A stretch of 63,402 bases of DNA, counting the filler, from Reticulomyxa filosa (Eukaryota; Protista; Foraminifera), in the NCBI GenBank assembly GCA_000512085.1. It is 25 parts of 25 records of this genome, joined end to end, with 100 filler letters (N's around TTAATTAATTAA, not from the genome) between each part and the next. Parts side by side here need not be neighbours in the genome. Positions count along the whole stretch, not along the records: positions 24,758 to 25,819 come from ASPP01038904.1; positions 25,920 to 30,115 come from ASPP01005400.1; positions 30,216 to 35,279 come from ASPP01038267.1; positions 35,380 to 36,964 come from ASPP01000250.1; 21 more parts are not named here. One strand, given 5' to 3'. A model generated the notes under the pieces. The model searched no databases, was not told the DNA's origin, and saw only the letters and a list, made by a program, of their open reading frames with translations. Positions 24,760 through 37,064 of the stretch are shown here, one piece after another. The position numbers and the translations under genes were made by a program. Numbering within the stretch: position 1 is the stretch's first letter; every line of letters starts with the position of its first letter.

Positions 24760-25619
24760 AATGATGCGACGTTATTTCTGGATCAGTTTCCGGAGTACAA
24801 CGGAAAGAAAGTTTTTGTGGCAATTTTGGACGGTGGTTGTGACCCACCGCGGAAGGTCTGGCAGTGACCTCATATAGCAAGCCGAAATTTTTGGACGTTT
24901 GGCACAATGGCAATGAATGGCTGGAAACCAGCAGCGCTCGCGAGTACTTTAAATGCTGCAAGAGCGAAGACAGCGAGTTGAATGAAGAAAGCAAAGCAAA
25001 AGCAGTCGTTCCTTCCAGTTCTCATGGCACTCATGTTGCAGGTTGCCCCCTACATATTATTTATTATCTTTTAAAATTGAAATTGCAAATGTTGAAAAAA
25101 GTAAACTTTGAGATAACAAATGAGCATATAAAAATATAAAAATATATATATATAAAGGTGGCCTCCAAATTTAAAAAAAAAAAAGATGAATGACTATTAC
25201 ACAAAATCAGACAAGAAGTGGTGACAATTGTAACGCAAAGTGGGTTTGAAGTCGGACACAGTCAATTGACGACAAGAGTGGCGATCGGCGCGTCGATTTG
25301 GGAGAGCGACAGCTTGAAGTTTGACTTTCGCAAATGGATGACACATGCTGAAATTGGATTGAACAAAGACATTGCACGTGATTTGAATTGTTGCGTGTTG
25401 TCGAAAGGCGATGAGGCCGACCTCAGTCAACTGAACACATTGGTAGTGCTGTCGTCTACTGCCAGTGTCAGTACTGGCGTTGGTGTTGGTGTCAATACCG
25501 ATACAAGAAATCCAAACGCACACAAACATCAATCCACTTTGTCCAGGTTCGCCACCTCTTCGCTTTCTCCAAGCAACCTGTTAATCGGACAACAAGGCAA
25601 TTTGGGACTCACCACATAA
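24760..25619 (+). pseudogene. TPP2: Tripeptidyl-peptidase II (subtilisin S8)-like, frameshifted and internally deleted
   Basis: FLDQFPEYNGKKVFVAILDGGCDP (catalytic Asp region), a 1-nt frameshift near 24845, then AEGLAVTSYSKPKFLDV, and SSHGTHVAG (catalytic His) only about 45 codons later. Confidence 0.7.
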
Positions 25620-25936
25620 ACAGATTCAACAAGTTTTGTTTTGTTTTATTTTGTTTTGTTTCGTTTTATTTGATTGCAATACCTTATCTTATTTCTTTTG
25701 TAACACTTGCAGAGCTTGCAATCATATGACAAACTTCAACGAATCGAAAGCGGTGACAAGGACTGCTTTATCGCGCTTTCTTTGGTTCGCAGCTATGTCG
25801 CTGCTGGCGCACATTACAANNNNNNNNNNNNNNNNNNNNNNNNNNNNNNNNNNNNNNNNNNNNTTAATTAATTAANNNNNNNNNNNNNNNNNNNNNNNNN
25901 NNNNNNNNNNNNNNNNNNNACAACAACAACAACAAC

Positions 25937-28660
25937 AAGGCTTTACTCTTACCATCAATTGGACTGGTGGACCTGGGACATGGCCAAGATCTCTCTCAAC
26001 TCTAGATGATGTGCCTGTGAGAAATGTGGAGCTAACTGGCCCAAATACCAAGGTAAACACTATTGGCACTTGTTTGCTTGTATTTTGTTTCGAGGAATGT
26101 CGACAGATGGCACAAAATATTTTTGTATCCTTTTTGTAATTTGTGTGTGTTTGTGCAGGCCTTTCGTGTAAAATACGAAGGAAAGACAGACTCCATTTTG
26201 TTCACTTGTCACGATACGTTTCATCAAATACTGACGCTGTCCATTCAAAACCAACGAACAAATCTCCTTCCCAATCCTGTGAAAGTGGAGACCACTATCG
26301 AAGTGTGGTGTTGGCCCGCTTTGGAATTCCTTCCCTCCACTTTGGCCATGGGCGTTGGAAAGCGAGAAGCCATTTCACAATACTATCCTGAGTTTTGACC
26401 TATAGTGCAAACAAAGTAACATATAGTATATATTATATGTATGCAAATATGTATAAAATAGATGGCTGAAAAGCGAAAATGCAGCAGAGTTCTTCATAAA
26501 TGTGGACAATAATCCCAAAAAAGAGTCGAACAAGTCTGTGGATGCCCTTGATATTCTTGCCATCACAAGAGATCATGACATGTCATTTTTAAACAGTCGA
26601 AAACTAGGCAGCGTGCTCGTTATGGGATTCTTACAACATCGATGTTTGTCCATAAGGATCTATCATTATCTTGTCTATTTTTTTTCTTTCACATAATATA
26701 TGCAATATGTTTTGTTTGTATTGCACATATGGGAACAACAACTTCGTCGGGACAGCTCCGAGTGTGTACGTACATCCGCCTGGGTTCAATGCAACACTTG
26801 CGGTCACAGTAACCTTCCGTGGATTCAAAGTAATGATACCATCCACGTTTATGTTGCTGGGCCAAACCATGCTTGCCCACGTTGAAGGACTCGACGGCGA
26901 GCTTCCAGTCAAACATAACTTTGATGACGTCTTTGTGGAATGGACTGTTTCGGACGCATCAATTGCACAGTTGCAAAGTGTCATTCTGCCTCCCAACGGA
27001 AATTTTATGACCGCAAATCCTCAAGGCAATGGCGAAGGGAAAGGTCTTTCCGTTAAAGTTGTTACTAATGTTGTCGGCGAGGTCGATATAAGGGCCGTGG
27101 TTTCATTGAGAAATGCGCCAAAGGCGTCTGCCAATCGCTTTGAAATTCAGTTTTGTTAACAACATATTGCCATAATTTTCACGTATTTTATTATTATTAT
27201 TATTATTATTATTTGTACGTGTGATGATCGACATAAACATTTCTTTTTTTTTTTTTTTTAAAAAAAAAAAAGAAAAACAATTCGCGTGTTACCCAATGTG
27301 TTACCGCCATGCAATCAAATAATTTTGCGACCTAATTCGACGTTTCATTTGTCCTCTCTATTCAAGAATCAATTGAATGCAAACAGCTTGCGAGGAACTT
27401 ACGACTTGGTGATCACGTCAGATAACCCAACCTATGTCGCTGTGCGAGAAGACGGGCTGACACTAAAAGCTGACACACCCACCACTTCCAATTTCATTGT
27501 CCATGTGGGCTTAGTTTCGCCAAACGATCCCTGGGCTAATCCATTCGTAGATCTCAATAAAGGGTATGTTGTGTGTATGTGTGGGTTTTGTGGCTATTCG
27601 TTTATGTATATACATATACATATACATATAGTATATGTATATGTATATGTATATATTGAATCCAAATGCTGATATTGACTTAATTTTTTAATAGCCAAAG
27701 TACAAAGATAGTGAAGAATAAAGATAAGAGTTACGCGGCTCCGCAGCTGGCGGCATTTGTGGTGGTCGCAGTTCAACCCAACGGCTTTGATCTTTGGGAT
27801 GAAAATTCAAAAAAAGGTTACGACGGGTCGATGCTGTCGCCTACACACGCGTTGCAATTGTCTCTGGCAAATAAAGTTGTACTTGGTGGACCTGCCAAAT
27901 CGAGATTTTCTCCCACTGATAACATCTTGTGTGAATCAATGGAAGTAACATTGCAAGTCACAATGCTTGACGATTTGGTTCGTGAATTAACCGTCATGAG
28001 CAATATCTTTGCCTACAGCAATGACAGTTCCATTTTGTCCATTGGACCGTCTTCAGTGTTACGTGTGCATATTTGTCCTTGGTGATTACTGTATTGTGTA
28101 AATATTGCTTATATTATATACATATATGTATACATACACATATGTATATGCTATCTAATCTGAATAGGGTGAATACGGATGCAATGATGGCAGGTTATGC
28201 AATCTTGAAGATACAGGCACTTAAGCCAGGTCATGCGGTGATAATGATTCGTGACGAAGATAGTACATTGCACTCATTCATGTCGGTGGAGGTGATATCT
28301 GCATCAGACTGCAGGGATTGGTTTGGAGTGACGACCACAAGAAGTCCTGAAAAAAGCTCTTGTGTAGATAATGAAACCTATTCTCATCGCGTGACTCAGC
28401 CTCGTCGTTTGCAACGCACGAGCTTTCTCTCGGATGAACCGACACCCATATTCCCAATCGTGCCACTCCTTGTGGGCATGGCATTGATGTGTGCCAGTTT
28501 CTTTTGTTGTCGAAACTTGTGTCTTGTCATTCGATCGGGCAGAGATAACATATCCATCCTTCCAACGCCGAGAAGAGGTGGATTGGCTGCATTCAATCCA
28601 TTACGGACGGTAGAACGAGATTTGAAAAAGTTCCAAAATTATGGAAGCCCTCAGAGATGA
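25937..28660 (+). CDS. NUP210: Nuclear pore membrane glycoprotein gp210-like, 5'-partial, multi-exon
   Basis: WTGGPGTWP, LTLSIQNQRTNLLPNPVK..EVWCWP, VEWTVSDASIAQL and VGEVDIRAVV are Ig-like beta segments typical of gp210. A single C-terminal TM helix (IFPIVPLLVGMALMCASFFCC) and short tail end at TGA 28660. Confidence 0.7.
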
Positions 28661-29263
28661 GGTGAGTTTGGACGAATTGTGATAGTTGTGATGGTCCTTT
28701 TGTTGTTTGTATGCCATTGCGTTTTGACACCAACGTTTCTCATTTTATTTATTTCACTTTGGTTTTTTATTAAATTTTTTTTTTTGATGCGTGTGCCTTT
28801 TTCTTGTCATAGCATTTTTTTATTATGTCTTAATCTCATATTTAAAAAGATAAAAAAATGAAGGTACTGACAATCGAAACTTGAGCAAGGCTGATATTTT
28901 GCAAATCTCAGATTGCTGCATTATTCTTTTTTTTTTTTTTTTGCATTTCAACCTGTTTCAATTTTGATCTGCTTTCAAGTTTCTTAAAACGTACCTTTAC
29001 CGCTGGGATAATTGTTTTATTACCGATTTCTGTTTTAATTGATTACTTGTTTTAAATGTGAAATTTATTTTGGTAAAAACTGACCTGTTCAACTCTTTCC
29101 AATATATTATATATCTTTTTGAAAAAATTGTTTTACAGAGGCTCCAAAGTAGTTTTTAAACTTTAAAATTATCAGCCAAGAAAGGAACAAATGTTCTTGG
29201 CGATTTGATTTAAAAGAAGTCGTAGGAAAAAACAGACCTTTTTTAAACAAATAAATCTTTGTA

Positions 29264-29949
29264 ATGGACCGTCCGAAGCAAAAGATACGAAGTCATTCCA
29301 CTGCAGTGAAAGTGGACACTCGTTTTCTTCGTGGAAATGCCGCAGATATTGAAGGTACTTATCAATATTTTGAGATGTATAAGCATCGACTTCAAACAAT
29401 GCGATCATTGTTATTGGACAATATATTATCGCAGTGGGGGAATATAACTATTGAAAAGCGTGTGTTAGATGCGCACAACTCGGACGAGTCACGGGACATT
29501 GTAATAACAGGGACATTATACAAAGAGATGTCCGAGAAGCCATCTCCTCTCAAGGAATTTTCTGAAGTTTGTTTTTTTTGTGGAGTGTTATGTATGGATT
29601 AAAAATATATGAAATGTATATATTTTTATATAAATATATATGAACATAGTCGAAAGTAACGTATGCCACAAAACATGACAAATCCCTTCAAAGTAATGTG
29701 GTGGACACTCAAATGGTGGGAACAAATGACGAAAAATGTCACGTGAATGAAAAAGACTATTTAATGGTGGAAGACGAGTACGGCAGCATAAGAATCGAAG
29801 GCAAGTGCTTGAATGTGCCGAAAATGTACACCGGAATTATCATTGCCTTGAAAGGCCATTTGGAACAGCAAACGGGCATCTTCCAAGTCCGAGATTATTT
29901 GTTGTTGGGATTGCCAGCACAAACACCACTTCCAAATCGTTTCGCTTAA
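29264..29949 (+). CDS. POLD2: DNA polymerase delta small subunit, N-terminal part (3'-partial)
   Basis: QYFEMYKHRL, GTLYKEMSEKPS, DYLMVEDEYGSIRI and TGIIIALKG...FQVRD match the POLD2/Pol31 OB-fold motifs. Confidence 0.9.
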
Positions 29950-30075
29950 AAAAAAAAAAAATAAATAATAAATAAATAAATAATAATAATACATCTCACG
30001 CAATTATATACGTATATGTATACAATATAAGTGTGTGCGTGATAATATATCTCGAATGCGCAATTCCGTGGATGT

Positions 30076-30115
<40 letters not shown>

Positions 30116-30215
30116 NNNNNNNNNNNNNNNNNNNNNNNNNNNNNNNNNNNNNNNNNNNNTTAATTAATTAANNNNNNNNNNNNNNNNNNNNNNNNNNNNN
30201 NNNNNNNNNNNNNNN

Positions 30216-32406
30216 TTTTATTTGCAAGCAAATTGCCAACAACCCCATTTCAATTAATTGTCCACAGCATCAAAATTTGGATGAATCGTTAATTGTTGGT
30301 GAGCATTGCTTGAAGGAATTTTTTAGTGCAAATTCCAATTTGTGTCCGATTGAGTTACACAGCAATTGCCAATATGCCAAAAGTAAATTAACACAGCGAT
30401 ATATACATGAATTGAATATAACATGTCCATTACAATTTGAACAAGGTTTGGAAGCATCCAATAAAAATGGGATTATATGTACTTTCAATGGTAAAATAAA
30501 AGAGTTGAATGATCATTTGAACAATTCATGTCCTTTCAATCAATCTGAATGTTGGTTTAAATCATTTGGATGTAATCACAAATGTCTTAAAAGTAAATTA
30601 GAAACACATTTGATTTCAAATATCAAATTTCATTTTGATTTGGTGATTAAATCATTTAATGGATTAAAACAAAATTTGGGATTACTTCAAGTTTCATTAT
30701 TTATTTATTTATTTTAAATATTTTTTAAAAAATATATTAACAAATGATAAACAATAAACAAATAGGAAGAAGCAAAACAATTGAAATTACAAAATGAAAA
30801 ATTGAAGCTGGAATTACAATCAAAGCATAACAAAGATGGAGAACATTTTGTCTCTTTTAAAGAAACTTTAGTTTTGAATAGATAATAAATACATTTCAAA
30901 TAGTTTGTGATGAAATAGAAAATATTAAAATTATAACAATGATAAATAGAATAAACTTTTGATTGAAATTGAAAAATTGAAGAAAGATACGAAAAGTAAA
31001 ATGAAAACAATCCAAACAAAAGATGATGAAAATTCAAAAATGAAAGAAACAATTCAAAGACATTTGCAAATCATTCAAGTCAAAGAGAAACAAGTATTGG
31101 AAAAAGAAGATGAAATTAAAAAGATGCAAAAACAATATCAAGAAGAAAAAATGAAGATGAATTCTTTTATGGAAACGATCCAAACAAATTTTGCTGAAAA
31201 GGAAAAACAAACATTGATCCATCACGAACAATTGATAAAAAAGTTGAAAGAGAAGAATGATAAACTCACACAAGGTTATGAAAATACTATCCAACAGAAC
31301 GATCCCATAAAAAAAGCACAGACCCAATTTGATGATAGAATTTCTTCCGCTCGTAGATTAATTAAGAGTCTTAATGGACATTCTGGTCTTGTGTTGAGTG
31401 TCACATATTCATCATTTGATGATGGTCGATTTCTTTGTTCCGGATCAGCAGATAAAACCATTCGCGTATGGGATGTTAAAACAGCTACGCAAATGAAAAT
31501 TTTGAAGGGACATTTGGCATATGTAAATTGTGTGAAATTTTCACCGTATCATTACTACAGGGATCGTCGATTACTTATCTGTTCTGCATCAGATGATAAG
31601 ACAATTCAATTTTGGGATTTTGAAACTGAAAAGTCAATTCAATTGCTCAGTGGACATAGTCATAGTATTCGCAGTATTCAATTTTCACCATTTAATAATG
31701 GTCGATATTTGTGTTTTGGATCTGCTGATGATACAATTTGCTTGCGAGATGTTGAAACTTACCAAGTTTTATATAGTATGAAAGGACATACAGGAGGCAT
31801 CTTTTGTGTTGAATTTTCACCTTCAAAAAGTAACAATAGCAATACAAATACTGGCATCATTGGTGGTAATGGATATACCATTTGTTCTGGATCAAGTGAT
31901 AAAAGTATTCGTTTGTGGGATGTTGAAACATCCAAACAATTGATTTGTTTTCAAGGACACGAAAATTCAGTGAAAAGTGTAAAATATTCATCTTATGAAC
32001 CAGGAATGAATGAGAGGAGTGGAGATACAATATGCTCTGGATCATGGGATAAAACTGTTCGTTTATGGGACGTTCGATCCAAAAAGCAAATTCAAATATT
32101 CAATGGACATGAAAAAAATGTGAGGCTTGTGTTGATTATTTGTCATGTGCAAGTGTAGGCAATGATGGAATTACACTTGGTAGTTCATATATTATATGCT
32201 CCGGGTCATGGGACAATACAATTCGTTTTTGGGATATCCGGACGAATAGACAATTACATGAAATAAAAGGAGGTACGAATGATGGTGGAGTGCCATGTCT
32301 TCAATTTTCACCACTACGAAGTGAATCGAATAAAAAAAATAGCAGCAAACATCATCGTACATTATGCTACGGATCATTTAGTGGCTCCATACATATGTGG
32401 GGATAG
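30216..32406 (+). CDS. Degenerate RING / TRAF-type zinc finger, coiled coil and WD40 propeller protein; 5'-partial, with a frameshift near 32125
   Basis: GEHCL..CPI, CTFNGKIKELNDHLNNSCP, CWFKSFGCNH..LETHL, an E/K/Q-rich coiled coil and about 7 GH...SGSxDKTIRLWD repeats. The last repeat continues in a different frame (CVDYLSC..SGSWDNTIRFWD). Confidence 0.85.
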
Positions 32407-32910
32407 ACTCAGTTTTTTCGTTTTTTGATCCCTCTCGTATGTAGAAAAGAGGGGAAATATACCATGTTTCAATTTGTTTGAATTAAGTTTTTGTGCAATG
32501 AAAGCAAATCAATTACACATAACATTTTTATATTTGTAAAATCTTTGGAATATTTGTTTTCATGTCGATTATATCAATCAATGTCAAATGATCAAAATAC
32601 ATTGTAAATTTGGCACATTTGATCAGATAACTATGTTCAATGTTTATAAAAATGCATTTTAAAACCAATTTTTGAATGTCAACCCTCAGACTTGCCTAAA
32701 ATTATCAAGGCGTTTGAATTTAGCAAAATATATACTGTCAACTTCTTTTTTTTGTTTATAATTCAAAATAAAAACTCAAATCTCTTTTTTTTGAAATGGG
32801 ACATTTTTGGACAAAGTACTCTCAATCTAAAAAAAACTCTAAAAAAAAAAAAAAATCATTTTCCAAAAATTTCGTGAAATATTACCTTACTATTTCTCAA
32901 ATAGTGAAAG

Positions 32911-34815
32911 ATGGAAACAATGAATGTCGACTTTGAAAAGATATGGCTCGACAGAACTATCTTTGCAGCTTTGTCCCCTTTACCGATTCCACTGTTTCAA
33001 GGTCAATGCATATCATATAAACAAGAAATTTTAATTTGTGGAGGTAACAAAGTCAATGAATGTTATTCTTATCATACAATTCAAAAACAATACAAGTTTA
33101 TTTGTTCTTATCCAAAAGATGTTATATTACTTGGACATTGTGTAGTAGATATTAAAAATAATAAAAATAAAATTACTTTATTATCTTTTGGTGGATCTTT
33201 TAAACATACATTAATTATGAATTATACCAGTGTTTGGAATGATAAAATTGTAGTTAAAAATAATAAATGGATACCTTTGAAAGATAATAATAATAATATA
33301 ATTTGTATTGATAAAGGTAATTATGAAGGAGCACGTGCTGTAATTGGTGGAAGTAATAATAATTTATTATTTATAACTTATTCTCCTCAAAATATTAGTG
33401 TATTTAATTTAAATACATTTCAATATATTAATCATAGTACTTTTTCAACTAAAGAAAATTGGATATGTTATCATTGTTTTATATCAAGTATAAATAATAA
33501 CAATAAAATGATATTATTTTATAAAAATACAGGATTAATAATTAATTATAATGAAAATGATAATATATTTCAATATAATAAAATATCTGTTTGTGATGAA
33601 ATTTCATCATTGAAAAGATATTCTTGTATATGTGTAAATGATGATACAATATTATTTTTTGGAGGATGGAATAAAGATATTTCTTCCAAAACATTTGTTT
33701 CAAATATTATAGTAAAATATTTAATAAAAAAAGATATATGGATAAAATTAAATCATGATTTACCTATATCATTATTTGGTTGTTGTATAGTATTAAATGA
33801 TAATAATAATTGTATACACATTATTGGAGGCAAAGATAATAAAGGAAATATTTTAACAAAACATATCAGAATGAAATTAAAAATAGAAATATCAAAAACT
33901 TTGGATTTAAGAAAACATTGGAATCAAAATTGGATAAATTCAAATGTAGAAGCATCTAAAATAGTAAAAAAAATGATTGATAAAAATGAACACGGTTTAA
34001 TTATTATTACTAATAATAATAATTTATTTTATACATTAAAAAATTATTATAATATTGGAAAAAAACAAATTCAAGATTATTGGATATATGTAATAAAAAA
34101 AAAATTAATAATATTGAATGATGATATAATTATTGATGGAAATATATATGTTATTGATTGCGAGATTAAATTACAAGGAAAAGCAAAAATTACAACACAA
34201 ATATTTGCTACAAAAAATTCAATTGTTGATCAAGAATTAGAACAATCAATTATACCAATTCAATGGAATTTAGAAATACATCATGACATTTCAGTGATGT
34301 TACAATATCTTGAAGAAAACACACACTTTCTACAAAACGGTCCAGAACAACATTTAAAACTTTGTGTTGATACATTTGAATCTAATCATCCCTTTATTGC
34401 TAATTCATATAATATTTCTGGATTGTTTTATTCAAATAGAGGTCTGTATGACAAAGCACTTACGCATTACAATAAGGCTTTAAAAATCTGTTTGAATGTA
34501 TTTGGAATGTATCATCCTTGGACTGGAAATCTATTCAATAATTTGGGCCATGCGTATAACCAAACACAACAATATAACAAAGCAATTGAAAATCATAAAA
34601 AATCATTAGAAATAAGAAAGAAAATATTTAAAAATATACATAAAGATATTGCCACTTCTTGCCAAAATTTAGGTCGTATTTTTGATCACATAGGAAGATA
34701 TGAAATAGCATACGCTTATTTTGAAGAATCATGGAAAATATTCAGTAAATTGTTAGGAGAATGGAACAATATCACAAAAAATGTAAAAAATACAATGAAA
34801 TTGTTGATTAGTTAA
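32911..34815 (+). CDS. Kelch-repeat beta-propeller plus C-terminal TPR protein (634 aa, intronless)
   Basis: Kelch GG motifs ILICGG, LLSFGG, ILFFGGW and IHIIGG. Kinesin-light-chain-like TPRs (ANSYNISGLFY..G.YDKALTHYNKALKI; ATSCQNLG). Confidence 0.9.
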   Translation: METMNVDFEKIWLDRTIFAALSPLPIPLFQGQCISYKQEILICGGNKVNECYSYHTIQKQYKFICSYPKDVILLGHCVVDIKNNKNKITLLSFGGSFKHTLIMNYTSVWNDKIVVKNNKWIPLKDNNNNIICIDKGNYEGARAVIGGSNNNLLFITYSPQNISVFNLNTFQYINHSTFSTKENWICYHCFISSINNNNKMILFYKNTGLIINYNENDNIFQYNKISVCDEISSLKRYSCICVNDDTILFFGGWNKDISSKTFVSNIIVKYLIKKDIWIKLNHDLPISLFGCCIVLNDNNNCIHIIGGKDNKGNILTKHIRMKLKIEISKTLDLRKHWNQNWINSNVEASKIVKKMIDKNEHGLIIITNNNNLFYTLKNYYNIGKKQIQDYWIYVIKKKLIILNDDIIIDGNIYVIDCEIKLQGKAKITTQIFATKNSIVDQELEQSIIPIQWNLEIHHDISVMLQYLEENTHFLQNGPEQHLKLCVDTFESNHPFIANSYNISGLFYSNRGLYDKALTHYNKALKICLNVFGMYHPWTGNLFNNLGHAYNQTQQYNKAIENHKKSLEIRKKIFKNIHKDIATSCQNLGRIFDHIGRYEIAYAYFEESWKIFSKLLGEWNNITKNVKNTMKLLIS

Positions 34816-35539
34816 TAAAATAAAAATAAGACCAACATATCCAAAAACTAAATTGATAGCAAATGCATATGTGTCAAAAATAAAAGATTTGCAATTTAGT
34901 ATTCAAAATTGATAGAATAAAACAACTTTGTGGTTATCATTTTATTTCCTCTTTTTTGAAAATTGTTCAACAACATACTTACTTAGCCACCAATTTGATT
35001 TTATGTAATTCAACTGTCAGAATTACTGCGAAGATAATTTAATTCTTCAAAAAAAATTGTTTTCACTCAATAAATATAAATTAATGACAACTAACCTTTT
35101 CCCAATGTTTTCACATACAACACATTTTCACCTCACTTTCAAACAATCTTCACCTGAAGGTATCGTTTCAAAGAACAATTGAACATCTTCTTCATTCAAA
35201 TACCACACTGCTAGACTTTCTTTGTCTTGTTCCAGTCGTATTTTAATCTTCCATTTGTTTAATTCATCTTCAATACTCTNNNNNNNNNNNNNNNNNNNNN
35301 NNNNNNNNNNNNNNNNNNNNNNNTTAATTAATTAANNNNNNNNNNNNNNNNNNNNNNNNNNNNNNNNNNNNNNNNNNNNGATGAAGGATGTTAAAATGAA
35401 TTTTTTTTTTTTTTTTTTTTTTTAATTACATTCAACATTCAACACTGAGACAATAATTTTTTAGGTGAAAATAGAGACTGCATCATTTTATATCATTTCA
35501 AAAGATCTCAATTTAACCCACAAAACTTTTTGATCATTG

Positions 35540-35990
35540 CTCACCTCTGTGCAGCTCAGAGGGAATCCAAGGGTCCCCTTTGGAACCACGCTCAGACTTC
35601 AGCAAATGGTGACGTCATATGCTTTGAAGGTTAAATAAATTCAACATTATCAGTTATCACCTTACAAAATTAAACAAAACTTAGCAAGCATAAAAGTTGT
35701 TGAAGCATTTTTTTTTAGTTTCCGGCCTTTGGGGGTCTTTTTGTTAATTTCCGTCATTTAGGAACCTTTTCGTTGGTTTCTGAACCTTTGTGGGCCTTTT
35801 CGTTAATTTCCGGGCATTTGGTGGCCTTTTTGTTAGTTTCCGGGCCTTTAGGGCCTTTTCATTGGTTTCCAGGCCTTTGTAGGCCTTTTCGTTAGTTTAC
35901 GGGCCTCCGTAGGCTTCTCGCGTTTTTGGCATTTGCCCCTGTTGGCTTTTTTAGTTAGACAATGATGAATGGGATATTAATTTTTTTTTT
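35540..35990 (+). mobile_element. Non-autonomous dispersed element with an internal tandem array, 3' hairpin and T-tract; second copy at 54604-54878
   Basis: 35636-35990 aligns by eye with 54604-54878 (CAACA(T/A)TATCAGT, AAA(G/A)TTGTTGAA, TTTCCGGGCCTT, GGCATTT(G/A)CCCCT..TTAGTTAG.CAATGATGA..GGGATATTA followed by poly-T). Confidence 0.65.
35715..35916. repeat. Tandem minisatellite, about 7 copies of a 29-30 nt unit (approx. TTCGTTAGTTTCCGGGCCTTTGTGGGCCTT)
   Basis: Head-to-tail degenerate units read directly, with no unique spacers. Confidence 0.9.
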
Positions 35991-35991
35991 C

Positions 35992-36964
35992 TTGGATTAT
36001 CGATACATTCACAAATCCAATGTCTATTCCATTGCTATGTAAAGAAGGGATTTAATCCATGATTATTCAGGAATGCCGCTGATTTATACTGCAATTGCTG
36101 GCTTTCTTACGAGCATTATTTGCAACAAGATCCACTTTATCATTTACAGGAATACCAGAATGACCTTTGATCCAATAGGTCTTTGGAGCATTATCTTCAT
36201 TAAATGATCTCAATATCTTCTGACAATCCATAATTGGAAATTTATAGATGTCAGAATATTCCAACTCCGGCCATTGTGGTAAATATGGATCCTGAATGAC
36301 AAGTCCTGCTCCTCCAATTCCAGGATTCAGGAATGTACTTCCATCACAAAATATCGCAATGCAATCAAAATCCAACGATAACAAAATTTCATCTGACGTT
36401 GGTTCATTGAAGATCGCAAATGGTGATTTATTTGATTGTGGGCATAAGTATATCATTGATGTAATTAACATGCTTGGAGTAAGTCATGTGAGAATCAAGA
36501 AACAATCCAAGATACTTTGCATGATTGCATTCTTTCAGGTTTGATTGCTGTAATGCGCTGCGTCTTATCAGCTGCAACTGAATTGCAATCGAATGACTTG
36601 TGAATCGTCTCAGTCAATCTCAATAACAGCTCATCCACGATTGGAATCTTGCTTGTGTTTGATGCAATAATTGTTTGTCATTCAACACCACATTTATCTC
36701 CTTGTGATGATCCTTTCCACTAATTTACCAACAGTCGATAACATAGGAATATTACTCTGATGGATATCACTCACACCAATAAAATCATTATCCAATTCCA
36801 ATGGTTTAGATATCGTCACTTTAAATCTGATATCATCTTCAATCATTCCATAATGTTTTTCATCAACATCTTTTGGAGGCTGATGAGGTTCTGCAAATGT
36901 CTTTGCCAGTAAATATGCTCTATCAATATCTGATCTTGCAACTGAACTTGTCTCCTTGTTCACC
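35992..36964 (-). mobile_element. Internally deleted non-LTR retrotransposon relic (RT N-terminal part plus RNase H)
   Basis: RAYLLAKTF and MLSTVGKLVERIITRR (RT). IFCDGSTFLNPGIGGAGLVI...YWIKGHSGIPVNDKVDLVANNAR (RNase H). Confidence 0.85.
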
Positions 36965-37064
36965 NNNNNNNNNNNNNNNNNNNNNNNNNNNNNNNNNNNN
37001 NNNNNNNNTTAATTAATTAANNNNNNNNNNNNNNNNNNNNNNNNNNNNNNNNNNNNNNNNNNNN

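Noticed and set aside
35715-35916. About 30-nt repeats that could be mistaken for a CRISPR array
   Set aside because: The units are head-to-tail and degenerate with no unique spacers. There are no cas genes and the context is eukaryotic.
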